Notes: generated by a model not told the origin, from the sequence alone. Shown: positions 48,930 through 59,610, counted from the stretch's first letter. The stretch is DNA of 64,000 bases from Candidatus Babeliales bacterium (GCA_963762115.1 CAVXJH010000005.1:113812-177811), one strand, 5' to 3'. Made by a program: numbers and translations.

Positions 48930-50384
48930 ATGAAAGCAATTTTAATCGCTCGTGTAAGCACAGAAGAACAAAAAGAAGCTGGCAATTCTCTTCCAGCACA
49001 AGTAGCTCGCCTAGAAAAATACTGCCAAGTCAAAGATTTTCCAATCATTAAAAGCTTTAGCTTTGATGAAAGTGGTTATAAAAACCAACGAGAAGCATTT
49101 GATGCAATTTTAGATTTCGTCCTAGAGCAAAAAGAAAAAGTAGCCGTATGCTGCGACAAAGTAGATCGCTTGTCGCGAAATATATTCGATAAACGAGTTT
49201 CCACGCTCTATGAAAAGGCATTGCAAGATCAACTAGAGTTACATTTTGTTTCTGATGGACAAGTTATTAACAGCCGCATTTCAGCCGTTGAAAAATTTCA
49301 ATTTGGGATCAGTTTAGGATTGGCAAAATATTATTCTGATGCCATAAGCGATAATGTTAAAAGAGCCATAGAGCAAAAATTGCGCAAAGGCGAATGGATT
49401 GCCAAAGCGCCCTATGGTTATAAAAATATCCTTCTAGGGGATAAAAAAGATATCTGTGTTGATGAGTATGCAAAGCACATTGTGCACAAAGCTTTTGAAT
49501 TATATGCAACGGGAGCTTTCTCTTTTGAGCTTTTATGCAAAAAAATGAAAGAAGATCATAACATTGTGTGGAGTGTGAGTTATATTGATAAAGTTTTTAA
49601 TAACCATTTTTATTATGGCGTTATGGTCATTAAAGGCCAACAGTATCCTCACAAATATCCACCCATTATTTCTCAAGCACTTTTTGAAAAGGTTCACCTC
49701 ATGAAAAAAAGCCTTAATAAAAAACAAAGTAGATATGCAGGAAAGCCTTATCAATATCGTGGGCTTTTGCGTTGTGATGATTGCGGATTTGCCATTACAC
49801 CAGAAAAGCACAAAGGGCATGTGTATTATCATTGCACAGAATTCAAAGGCAAACATGGCGCAAAATGGCTGCGAGAAGAAGCAATTACTGAACAATTAGG
49901 AGCTATTTTTAAAAGCTTACAAATGCCTGAAGATGTTTTAAAGCAGCTTTCTGAAACATTAACTGAAGTGCATGAAAACAAAGCTGCCTTTCAAGCAAAA
50001 CAATTTGATGCACTTACCAGGGAACAAAAAGAAGTCACGAAAATGATGGATAATTTATACCTTGATAAACTCAAAGGGAGAATTACTGAGAGTGCGTATG
50101 ACAGATTTTACCAAAAGTTCAGAGATCAAACCACCGATATTTCTATTAGATTAGAGCAATTACAAGAAGCAGAAGATAACTACTATATTACCGTGAAATA
50201 TCTGCTAGAGCTAACAACTCGAGCTTATGATTTATTTATGGGTTCGGAAGTGGAAGAAAAAAGGCAATTAATCAAACTTGTATTATCGAACTTGAGACTT
50301 AAGGGTGAAAACATCGTCTACGACGCGCATCAGCCCTTTGATTTGATACTAAAAAGTACTGATGAACAACTATGGCGTCCCTAA
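48930..50384 (+). CDS. Large serine recombinase (integrase); stop codon inside tRNA-Glu
   Basis: ARVSTEEQ, DRLSR, PYGY, Zn ribbon (CDDC..HC), coiled coil; ends EQLWRP*. Confidence 0.95.
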   Translation: MKAILIARVSTEEQKEAGNSLPAQVARLEKYCQVKDFPIIKSFSFDESGYKNQREAFDAILDFVLEQKEKVAVCCDKVDRLSRNIFDKRVSTLYEKALQDQLELHFVSDGQVINSRISAVEKFQFGISLGLAKYYSDAISDNVKRAIEQKLRKGEWIAKAPYGYKNILLGDKKDICVDEYAKHIVHKAFELYATGAFSFELLCKKMKEDHNIVWSVSYIDKVFNNHFYYGVMVIKGQQYPHKYPPIISQALFEKVHLMKKSLNKKQSRYAGKPYQYRGLLRCDDCGFAITPEKHKGHVYYHCTEFKGKHGAKWLREEAITEQLGAIFKSLQMPEDVLKQLSETLTEVHENKAAFQAKQFDALTREQKEVTKMMDNLYLDKLKGRITESAYDRFYQKFRDQTTDISIRLEQLQEAEDNYYITVKYLLELTTRAYDLFMGSEVEEKRQLIKLVLSNLRLKGENIVYDAHQPFDLILKSTDEQLWRP

Positions 50385-50450
50385 GGGGATTCGAACCCCT
50401 GTTTTCGCCGTGAAAGGGCGGTGTCCTGGACCAGGCTAGACGATAGGGAC
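50373..50450 (-). tRNA. tRNA-Glu(TTC), integration target
   Basis: Cloverleaf GTCCCTA..TTC..TAGGGAC-G-CCA. Confidence 0.95.
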
Positions 50451-50495
50451 GCATATTTTTTATGTCAAAAAAGGTGATTTCTTAGTCTCGTGTTA

Positions 50496-50585
50496 AAGAC
50501 TGGCCCCTACTACGCCAAAGCTACGAAGGGCAGGCTTGCCAGTCGAAGTTTGCCGAGCCGGAAGGCCCGGATAAACGAAGACTGG
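50496..50585. repeat. Nested REP-like palindromes attached to the tRNA-Lys CCA end
   Basis: AAGACTGGCC..CTACGCCAAAGCTACGAAGGG..GCCAGTCGAAG..CGAAGACTGG. Confidence 0.8.
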
Positions 50586-50658
50586 TGAGCCGCGATGGAT
50601 TCGAACCATCGACCCACAGCTTAAAAGGCTGTTGCTCTACCAACTGAGCTAGCGGCTC
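50583..50658 (-). tRNA. tRNA-Lys(TTT)
   Basis: GAGCCGC..TTT..GCGGCTC-A-CCA cloverleaf. Confidence 0.95.
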
Positions 50659-50961
50659 TCATTCTTAAATAGATTAAGAATAGATTTCGAAATCAATGAC
50701 ATAATACTAGTTATTTCAACTATCTTTGTCAAGAAATTAGTAGAAAAAAATGCCTTTTACTCTATTTTCTATCATAATAAACTGAATAATATAATTTATT
50801 TAGCATCATAAAAATTACTCATCTTTAAGAGTGCTTTTTTTACTAAAGATATTTGACTTTTAAATAGCTAAAAAACAATTTTTATTGAATTATAACTCTT
50901 ATTATATTACCATGCCCCTAATAAAAACATTTAAATTATTATCTTCAAAAAAAGGGATACA

Positions 50962-51612
50962 ATGCCATCTAAATATTTATTATTTCTACTCTTTGGTTTT
51001 ATCAATTTTTCCACACTTTTTTCAATGAATGAAGAAACTGATACACAAGAAAAAAATATATCATCTCTAAACGAGATTATTATTAAAAAATGCTTATCAC
51101 AAGAAGATGAAAAATATGTATCGGAAGAAGAATTCTTCACAATGGCCCAAGCTCATATTGAAAAACCATATTCCATAATGAAAGGAGGTGTAGGAACAAC
51201 ATTGTCATATCGTACAAACAAAGCAGGCAAATCTTATCAATCCAATCACACTATATATTTTAGCCACAAGGTATTAACAGTATATATTTCAACACATGAT
51301 GGAGAACAAAAAGCATTTATGGGGACACCGAATACTTTTTTTGATTTTGAACGATTTATAAATAAACCAATTGCAGTGGCAGTTGCAATTTTACATTCAA
51401 GAAAAAAGAAAAATTATATTTCAGGTAAAATGTTTACCCTTGAGGATCTTTTTTCTCAAATAAGTTCAAAATTAGACATAAATAACTTAAAAAAATACTG
51501 GATACAAAGCTCTCATGAATATCCTCAATCAGTAGCGACTATTTTAAAACCTGACAATAAATCATATATGCTCCTTGAGGATGGTCAAACAATCAATTTT
51601 CATAATTCTTGA
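50962..51612 (+). CDS. Secreted hypothetical protein
   Basis: Signal peptide then SMNEE. Confidence 0.7.
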   Translation: MPSKYLLFLLFGFINFSTLFSMNEETDTQEKNISSLNEIIIKKCLSQEDEKYVSEEEFFTMAQAHIEKPYSIMKGGVGTTLSYRTNKAGKSYQSNHTIYFSHKVLTVYISTHDGEQKAFMGTPNTFFDFERFINKPIAVAVAILHSRKKKNYISGKMFTLEDLFSQISSKLDINNLKKYWIQSSHEYPQSVATILKPDNKSYMLLEDGQTINFHNS

Positions 51613-51614
51613 GA

Positions 51615-51667
51615 AAAAAATGAGGTGGGCAGTTATGAATTTTTATCACAACTGCCCACCTTTTTTT
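51615..51667. terminator. Bidirectional intrinsic terminator
   Basis: AGGTGGGCAGTT..AACTGCCCACCT flanked by A/T runs. Confidence 0.8.
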
Positions 51668-51680
51668 GTATTAATAACTT

Positions 51681-52220
51681 TTATTGTCGTGTTGCTCGTG
51701 CATAAGCCCTTCTTCCTCGACCACGGCCTCCACCATGTCGACGACGTCCATGCCGACGGCCTCTACCCCACTTTTTACCAGGAACTTTTCGTTTCATGCC
51801 GCATTTTTCACCCTCACATTTAACTTTATACGTGACAGGTTCTCCTGCTTTTCCAGCCTGAGTTGCTTCTAGGCGCTTACGATATGCTTCCATCATTTGG
51901 GCTCTTCGTCCCCCTTTATGATGACCTCTTCTTCCCTTAATTTTACAGCGGCCGCCCTTGCATCGAATCTTGCTACGTTTCCTGCCAAGGCCTTTGCGCT
52001 TCATAGCACATTTTTCTTTATCACAATTAATTTTAAAGGTGGAAGGTTCCTCTGCTTTTGCAGTTTCACTACCTTCTATTTTCTTAAGCAAATCTTCACC
52101 TTGTGCAGCAGGCACAACACCGCGTCTTTTTCTTCCTTTAAAACGACATTTACCGCCTCTACAACGAATCTTATAACCTTTTTTTCTTGCTCCTTCTGGC
52201 TTTGCTGCAACTTCTGCTTC
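51681..52220 (-). CDS. Highly basic protein with four K[IV]xCxxxxC repeats, 5'-truncated at the junction
   Basis: Repeats KIRCRGGKC, KINCDKEKC, KIRCKGGRC, KVKCEGEKC separated by R/K/G stretches. Confidence 0.7.
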   Translation of the reverse strand, partial: EAEVAAKPEGARKKGYKIRCRGGKCRFKGRKRRGVVPAAQGEDLLKKIEGSETAKAEEPSTFKINCDKEKCAMKRKGLGRKRSKIRCKGGRCKIKGRRGHHKGGRRAQMMEAYRKRLEATQAGKAGEPVTYKVKCEGEKCGMKRKVPGKKWGRGRRHGRRRHGGGRGRGRRAYARATRQ

Positions 52221-52229
52221 AGTAGAGCA
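52221..52229. other. Bacterium/chloroplast junction
   Basis: The bacterial ORF and the plastid tRNA are both cut here. Confidence 0.85.
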
Positions 52230-52289
52230 GTCTGGTAGCTCGCAAGGCTCATAATCTTGAAGTCGTAGGTTCAAATCCTACTCCCGCCA
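52222..52289 (+). tRNA. trnfM: Plastid-type tRNA-Met(CAT), probably trnfM, missing the 5' acceptor strand
   Basis: D arm, CAAGG-CT-CAT-AA-TCTTG and T arm present; the 5' partner of TCCCGCC is absent. Confidence 0.85.
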
Positions 52290-53176
52290 AAATAGAATAA
52301 AGATTTTTCAACCATTTCATCACTTTGTCATCGTTTTGCCTGCAAAATGAAAAAGTGGAACAAGTTGAGTAGAAGAAATTAACAATTACAACTAAAATAA
52401 TAGAAATACAGTGGTTTGGCACAAACTTGTTTTCTGTTTTGTTCACTTGCTCACTTGTTCAGTTTGCCTCATCACTTTGCAGGCAAAGTGAAACAAAGTG
52501 ATGGAGCAAGAAAAAATTTCTAAAAGGATTTGCTATTTTTAAATCGATAAAAATACTCTTTCACTCTACAAGAAAAGAGGTGGCCTTATACATTTTTTAG
52601 GAGAACAAGCTACAAAACACTATACAAACTCTTGACACGGGAAGAGTGTCAACGGTCTTCATCAATAGAATTGAGAACAAGGTGCCCTTTCGTTCATTGT
52701 ATTAACGTACAATGTACACCAGGACGGTTAAAAAAAAGATCCTCTTTTTACTGTACTAATGAGTTGCATTTCTCTTTGCTCTTAGAGGCATCAGAGATGG
52801 TGTTGTAGGGGGCCTGACTCAAAAAGCCACTGCCTCTCGTGATCCTTTCTTTACATTTTTGTAGTGTCATTGTACTAACGTACAATCTTAATTAGCATCT
52901 TTCTACATCCATTTGCTACCGCAAATGGATGTAGAAAGATGCAACCCACAAAATGGATAAGGCCGGGAGTAAGGGGGTTTCGATGGCCACCCAGTTGCAT
53001 TGCCATAGATTCTTGAATGAGAATCTTAAGGCAATGCGAAAGGCCTTATCCATTTTGGTTACAAAATGTAAAGAGGGGGCTCCTACAACACCCAAAAGCA
53101 AATAGATGTAAAGAGGTGACAGAAACAAAATGGTAGAAGAGTGACGGGAAAAAGGTTTATAAAATAAGGAGAAGAC

Positions 53177-54880
53177 ATGTCTATCTTAGCTTGGATTGAA
53201 GACCAACGCAAACTCAAATTGCTTAATGCACCTAAATACAATCAGCCACCTTCTGATGGAAGCAAAGGATTATGGACAAGATGCGACAATTGTGGGGTAA
53301 TCCTTTACATTAAGCACTTAAAAGAAAATCAACGTGTCTGCTTTGGTTGTGGATATCATTTACAAATGAACAGTCAGGAACGAATAGAACACTTGATTGA
53401 TGAACAAACATGGCGACCATTAGATGAAACGCTTTCACCTGGTGACCCATTAGAATTCCGAGACCAAAAACCTTATATTGAAAGGTTAAAAGATGCCCAA
53501 GAAAAAACAGGCCTACAGGATGCAGTCCAAACAGGAACCGGAATGTTGGATGGTATTCCAATCGCACTGGGCATTATGGACTTTCATTTTATGGGAGGAA
53601 GCATGGGCTCGGTCGTTGGAGAAAAAATTACTAGATTGATAGAGTATGCTACACAAGAAGGGTTGACGTTAGTCCTTGTTTGTGCGTCAGGTGGAGCTAG
53701 AATGCAAGAAGGGATTTTCAGCCTCATGCAAATGGCAAAGATATCAAGTGCTTTACAAATTTATCAATCATGTGCCAATTTGCTGTACATTTCAGTTTTG
53801 ACTTCTCCAACGACTGGTGGCGTAACAGCTAGTTTTGCCATGTTAGGTGATCTTATATTTGCCGAGCCTAAAGCACTTATAGGTTTTGCTGGGGCGAGAA
53901 GTTATCGAACAAACATTGCAAGAAGATTTGCCAGATGACTTTCAGACATCGGAGTACTTGCTCCACCACGGCTTGCTTATCTCATTGTTCCCCGGTGCTT
54001 TTTAAAGCAGGCACTGTCTGAAACAATAACTTTGTATAGAGATGCCCCATTTAAACAGAGTGGACACATACCTTATGGCGTACAGAATCCACTCTATTTC
54101 TTGACTGAAGAGAAGGTTCGACGGAAATGGCAACAAGACGCACATCTTTTTGGCGGGGCTTCCTGGGTTCAGGCTGCTTCACAGACCCAAAGTAATCCTT
54201 TTCTCGCAAAGGGTGAAGGATTCGCAAATAGTTCAACAGCAGGTGGTGAGGAAGAGCTTGGAGCAGAAGCGAGAAACTTTAAAGATTCTCTTTCAACATC
54301 ATCTGCCACCTCTTTTACTGATAGTAATCCCCCCTCTTTACATTTTACAAAGAAAATGGATAAGGCCGGGGGTGGCCATCGAACTCCCTCTGCTTCCAAC
54401 AACTTTAAGACTCACGACCAAACTCATCATTCTCCAGCTACACAAGCAGCTTCTATATCAGAGCCGACTGATCAAAGTTTTACTAATCTCCTAGAGACGT
54501 GGTTAGCAGATTCTTCATGTGATGAAACTTACAGAGACATATTAATGTCATTTGACACTATGTTTAATTTGGTCGCACAGAAGGGTGCATCAGAAATGAT
54601 TCCATCTGTTGGAAGCAATACCGACGATTTTAGTTTCGTGAACCATGAAAACATAGTCTTAAACGAATCATTCTCTCAAACAGAAGAGAGCAATAAATCA
54701 TACGACAATTGTAAACCCTTCACCGAAGGTAAAGAGGTTTCCTTCAATCAATCCCTTTTGCTAGAAGCCGGCGAGAAGGTTAGTTGGCGAGCCTTTTACG
54801 CAAGTCAAAAAGGCAGTCCAAAGGCCCATTTTCTCCAATATTTAAGTTTCATACAGAGACGAATTCGCCGGCTCGGCTAA
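53177..54880 (+). CDS. accD: Plastid acetyl-CoA carboxylase carboxyltransferase beta subunit (compensating indels ~53894 and ~53979; long C-terminal extension)
   Basis: [58 protein letters not shown] lies in the shifted frame. Confidence 0.93.
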
Positions 54881-55393
54881 CCACTCGAGATGGGAGTGAT
54901 TCTACAAGCGAGTCTGAGGGTTACGAGAGACCAATGTCAGTGGCTTCGAGGTCCGTCGAATATAAAGTCCTGGAATAGAGAAAAAGTTTTTTTATAAAAC
55001 AAGCAAAAAGGATTCCTAAAGATCATGTTTTTTTACACCCATTAGCTTTGGGGTGTTGTCTACCCCTAAGGGCCTTTACCACTGTACTAGCGTTTTGAGT
55101 CTTGTAAGGGGCCTTATCAGACCCTTCAGCTTTTTGCTTTAGCCTCTTGGGTTATTGCATTGCTTTAAGATTCTCAAATGAGAATCTATGCTGATTAAGA
55201 TTGTACTTCAGTACAATGACAATGCTAAAGGGGCCCCTCCAACACCATCTCTGATGCCTACAAGACCCCAAAAGCTTACGCTTCTTACTTCTGCCTCTTG
55301 GGTCTGGGAACACCCTCTCTGATATCTTTAAGTTTGTAATATAGACGCAAAAACTGCTTTAGTTAAAAGAGATTGTACGTTAGCATGCTGGTT

Positions 55394-56095
55394 ATGAGTA
55401 TTTTAATTGAAAATTTATCCAAAACGTTTGGCCAGTTTACGGCATTAAGCTCTATTAATTTAGAAATTAAAGCTGAATCATTAGTAGCGCTTGTTGGTGG
55501 GTCAGGTTCAGGCAAGTCCACTTTGTTACGAATCATTGCGGGTTTAGAAACGCCTGATGAGGGTCGTATTTGGTTATCCGGAAGAGACGCAACGGCTCTT
55601 TCGGTTCAGGAACGGGAAATTGGATTTGTCTTTCAAAATTATGCTCTATTTAAAGACATGACTGTGTATGAAAATATAGCTTTCGGCCTCGATATCCGAA
55701 ACCTTACTAATACAACTGTTAAAAACAGAGTAACTCAATTGCTACAATTGGTTCAGCTAGAGAAGCTCTCTAGCCGATATCCAAACCAATTGTCCGGTGG
55801 TCAACGGCAAAGAGTAGCATTGGCACGCGCTTTGGCAGTAGAACCAAAAGTTTTATTACTAGATGAACCTTTTGGAGCTCTCGATAGCAAAGTGCGAAAA
55901 GGACTACGTCAATGGCTACGACAACTACATGATCAGGTTCCTGTTACTACGGTCTTTGTTACGCACGATCAGCACGAAGCGCTGGAAGTAGCGAGTGACA
56001 TAGTGATTCTTCAAAAACTAAATAGATCAAATGGGTTCGCCGCAAGACATGTACCATTTTCTTTACTCTCCTTAACTCTTATAAACATCTTGTAG
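55394..56095 (+). CDS. cysA: Plastid sulfate ABC transporter ATP-binding subunit (3' frameshift ~56017, true end uncertain)
   Basis: [35 protein letters not shown]. Confidence 0.88.
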   Translation: MSILIENLSKTFGQFTALSSINLEIKAESLVALVGGSGSGKSTLLRIIAGLETPDEGRIWLSGRDATALSVQEREIGFVFQNYALFKDMTVYENIAFGLDIRNLTNTTVKNRVTQLLQLVQLEKLSSRYPNQLSGGQRQRVALARALAVEPKVLLLDEPFGALDSKVRKGLRQWLRQLHDQVPVTTVFVTHDQHEALEVASDIVILQKLNRSNGFAARHVPFSLLSLTLINIL

Positions 56096-56770
56096 TGTCA
56101 TATTCATACATCTATTCATTTTGTGGTCTTGTAAGCATCACAGATGCTGAGGCTTCTGCCTCTTGGGTCGGGGTTTCGACGGCCACCTGATGCATTGCCT
56201 GCAATGCAAAAGGCCAGCGAAGGGGCCCCTCCAACACCATCTCCGATGCCTACAAGAGCGAAGAAAGATGCAACCCCCTCGTTCGTACGTTTTTGTAGAA
56301 AACATAAAAGGGGTGGCCATCGATACCCCTTCGCTCATTGTACGTTAGTGCAATGGTTTGTAAAAAGGGCATTTCTAATGTCATGGATAAGGACCTCTAC
56401 CGTTGCTTTAAGATTTTCATTCGAGAATCTAATTAGGTCTTTGCATTGCTTTAAGATTCTTGAATGAGAATCTATGCTGATTAAGATTGTACTTCAGTAC
56501 AATGACAATGCTAAAGGCCCCTCCAAGACAATGCAACTACCCCTAAGGGTTTCACTGACTACTCCTTCCAACACGTCAGTACAGTAAAAAGAAGAGGCTC
56601 TAAAAGGGTATAACTTCTCTTAATGCAAAATACGTACAGGTACGACTTTTTTTAAAAATTGAATTTCACCCCATTGCCTTAGTGTACAATCTTTTATATA
56701 AATGGAATTAATATCAGAAATTGTTGTACAATGTATTGTGTACATTTAAAAAGAAAAAAACCAAGCTGGT

Positions 56771-57275
56771 ATGCCACGATCACAACGAAATGACAACTTT
56801 ATAGACAAGACATTTACCGTAGTAGCAGATATCTTATTAAAAGTTTTGCCTACGTCATACAGAGAGAAGCAAGCCTTTATGTATTATCGAGACGGAATGT
56901 CTGCTCAGGCATCTGGTGAATACGCAGAGGCTTTACAGAATTATTATCAAGCAATGCGGTTTGAAACTGATGCTTATGACAGAAGCTACATATTGTACAA
57001 CATAGGATTAATACATACAAGCAACGGAGAGCATGGACGGGCATTAGAATACTATTACCAAGCTTTAGAGAGAAACCCTTCCCTTCCCCAAGCTTTAAAC
57101 AATATAGCTGTTATTTATCATTTTCGAGGAGAACAGGCTATTGAAAATGGACAGCCCGAAGTAGCTTCTATGCTTTTTGACAAAGCAGCAGATTACTGGA
57201 AAGAAGCTATTCGATTAGCCCACAAATTATATTGAAGCCGTCAATTGGCTAAAAATGAGTCAACGACTGGATTAA
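56771..57275 (+). CDS. ycf3: Photosystem I assembly protein Ycf3 (indel ~57221)
   Basis: [15 protein letters not shown]; TPRs; [11 protein letters not shown] in the shifted frame. Confidence 0.95.
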
Positions 57276-57527
57276 TTGATTACAGCAGAAAAACCAGCTT
57301 TTGGAGGCATCTGGGATGGTGTTGGAGGGGCCCTTGCGATTATCCATTTTTTACAAAAATGAAAGGGGGTTTCGCTGGCCCCCCCTGGCCTTATCCATTT
57401 TGTTTACAAAATGTAAAGAAGGGGTGGCCATCGAAACCCTCTACCTTTAGCCCCTCCAAAGTAGAAGAAGAAGAGGATTATATTTTATAATGAGAAAGTA
57501 GATCTTAATAAAATGGCAAAGAGAAAA

Positions 57528-57599
57528 CTCCTCAGGTAGGACTTGAACCTACGACCAACCGGTTAACAGCCGGTCGCTCTACCACTGAGCTACTAAGGA
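57528..57599 (-). tRNA. trnN: tRNA-Asn(GTT)
   Basis: Cloverleaf, no encoded CCA. Confidence 0.93.
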
Positions 57600-58200
57600 C
57601 TCTCTTATCATTGTACGTTAGTACAATAAGACGAGGTAAAGGTTAAAATTAGTTTCATTCTATTATGAGATTGTAATAGAAAGTTACAAAAAATACAACT
57701 TTGCAATGGTACGCTTCTAAAAATACCCTTTTTCTTTGTGACACAAAGAAAAAGGGTATTTTTGAGAGTCGTCTGCAAGACAAGGGACCAACACTGCCAA
57801 GCAGCAGCGGCCAAAGACAGAGAACTTTTTACAAAAAAAGGTGTCTTTAAACCTTTTGTTTTCAGGACGAAACCATTTGTATAACATTCTAATTTATCGA
57901 AAAAAGCAACACTAGAATTACTTAAAAATTTTTGAGCTTGAAAGTTGAATCGGTGTTCCAGGGTTTTTTAATATCTATTGCATTAGAAAATCTTCCTATG
58001 GTATACTTATTACTTATTCAGTGCATTTTGTAAACTTAATACTAAATTTTAGGATTTACAAAGTGAAAACGTTAGGACCCTCCTTTTACCGTACTAACTA
58101 GCGTACTAACACACAATCTTTTTATAAAAGATACATCTTGTAGATTGCTCTGTTGTTTGCTTTTAGCCGAGATGACACTACAAGATATTAGAAAAGTCAA

Positions 58201-58283
58201 GGGTCGATGCCCGAGTGGTTAATGGGGGCGGATTGTAAATCCGCTGGCGACTGTCTACGCTGGTTCAAATCCAGCTCGGCCCA
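58201..58283 (+). tRNA. trnY: tRNA-Tyr(GTA)
   Basis: GGGTCGA..GTA, long variable arm..TCGGCCC-A. Confidence 0.93.
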
Positions 58284-59610
58284 AATTATATGTCTCATTT
58301 TTCCTATTGCTATTAGAAACACATGTTAGTAGGATGTGACGTTTTCCCTTCACTCTTTTAGCATCTTCTAGTGTCAAGAGTGAGAGAAATGCAACTCACA
58401 AAAGGGTTTGTAAAAGTTGATGTGGATAAGGCCTTTCACATTGTCTTGGAGGCATCGCAGATGGTGTTGAAGGGGCCCTTAGAGGTAGGGGTTTCGATGG
58501 CCACTCGGTTGCATTGCTTTAAGATTCTCGCATGAGAATCTATGACAATGCAAAGGCCTTATCCATTTTATTTACAAAATGTAAAGAAGGGGTGGCCATC
58601 GAAACCCTCGGCCTTATCCATTTTGGTTACAAAATGTAAGAGGGGGCCCCTACATGACCCAAGAGGCTTTTTTCAAGTTACCAAAAAAAGGGCCCAAAAG
58701 CTATCACTTCTTTACATTTTGTAACCAAAAGAGAAAATTTTTCACTAACTTGCTTTTTAAGGGGATTCTCGCTAATTATTGTTTAATACGGTATTATATC
58801 TATATAACAAAAGATTTTTAAGAGCTTCGTGGTAAATGCTCCAGGAACAAGTGAAAAAAACTAGAAGTTTGAGCTTATTGAAGGACCATTCTTCGATCAC
58901 TAAGATTATACTTTAGTACAATGATATAGCACAAATACTGAGGCATATGCCTTTGGATACTAAAAATTAAAGTTGGTAGGGGAGGCTAACTCCTCACCAA
59001 CCTTATTTATTACAAACCAAATTATTTAGGTAACTTCTTTTAAAAACCATTCTTGCTGATTAAGATTGTACTTTAGTACAATGATATACACATACACATT
59101 TAAACTAAGTAAAGTGTAAATCTTTTTAGATTTAAAAAAAGAAGGTAATGCGTACAACTAGCAACAAGCTCCAAACTAGTTGCGCTATGATACAGATTTG
59201 GCTTGCCACGTGCAACCCCTTCGCTCATTGTATGTTACAAAGAGGCTCCTTATTTTCAATTTTATTGATGAAGGCTATCAAACCCCTTCGCTCATTGTAC
59301 TAATTCGGGTAGGGGTCTCGCTGGCCACCCAATGCATCGCTTTAAGATTCTCGCATGAGAATCTATGACAATGCAAAAGGCCTTATCCATTTTCTTTTAG
59401 AAAATGTAAAGAGGGGGCCCCTCTTTACATTTTCTAAAGAAAATGGATAAGTACAATCTTAATTAGCATAGGTTTTTGTAGAAAACTAAAAGGGGTTTCG
59501 TTGGCCACCCCTGACCTGCGAAGGGGTGTCCATTGAAACCCCCTTTTTACATTATTAGACAAAATTAATTAATGTTAATTGCGGCTGTTTTATTTTTTAT
59601 ATAATTCATT

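Larger units (their letters stand above)
42411..50378. mobile_element. Intact LSR-Rep integrative element at the tRNA-Glu 3' end (7962-bp unit between TGGCGT cores)
   Basis: TGGCGT direct repeat at 42411 and 50373; LSR, rep, TA and cargo inside. Confidence 0.85.

Noticed and set aside
34841..50450. Complete prophage or conjugative element
   Set aside because: No capsid, terminase, tail, assembly ATPase or T4SS genes are recognisable.
52221..52274. N-terminus MNLRLQDYEPCELPDC of ORF 51681..52274
   Set aside because: It is the antisense translation of the plastid tRNA-Met across the junction, not a real protein start.
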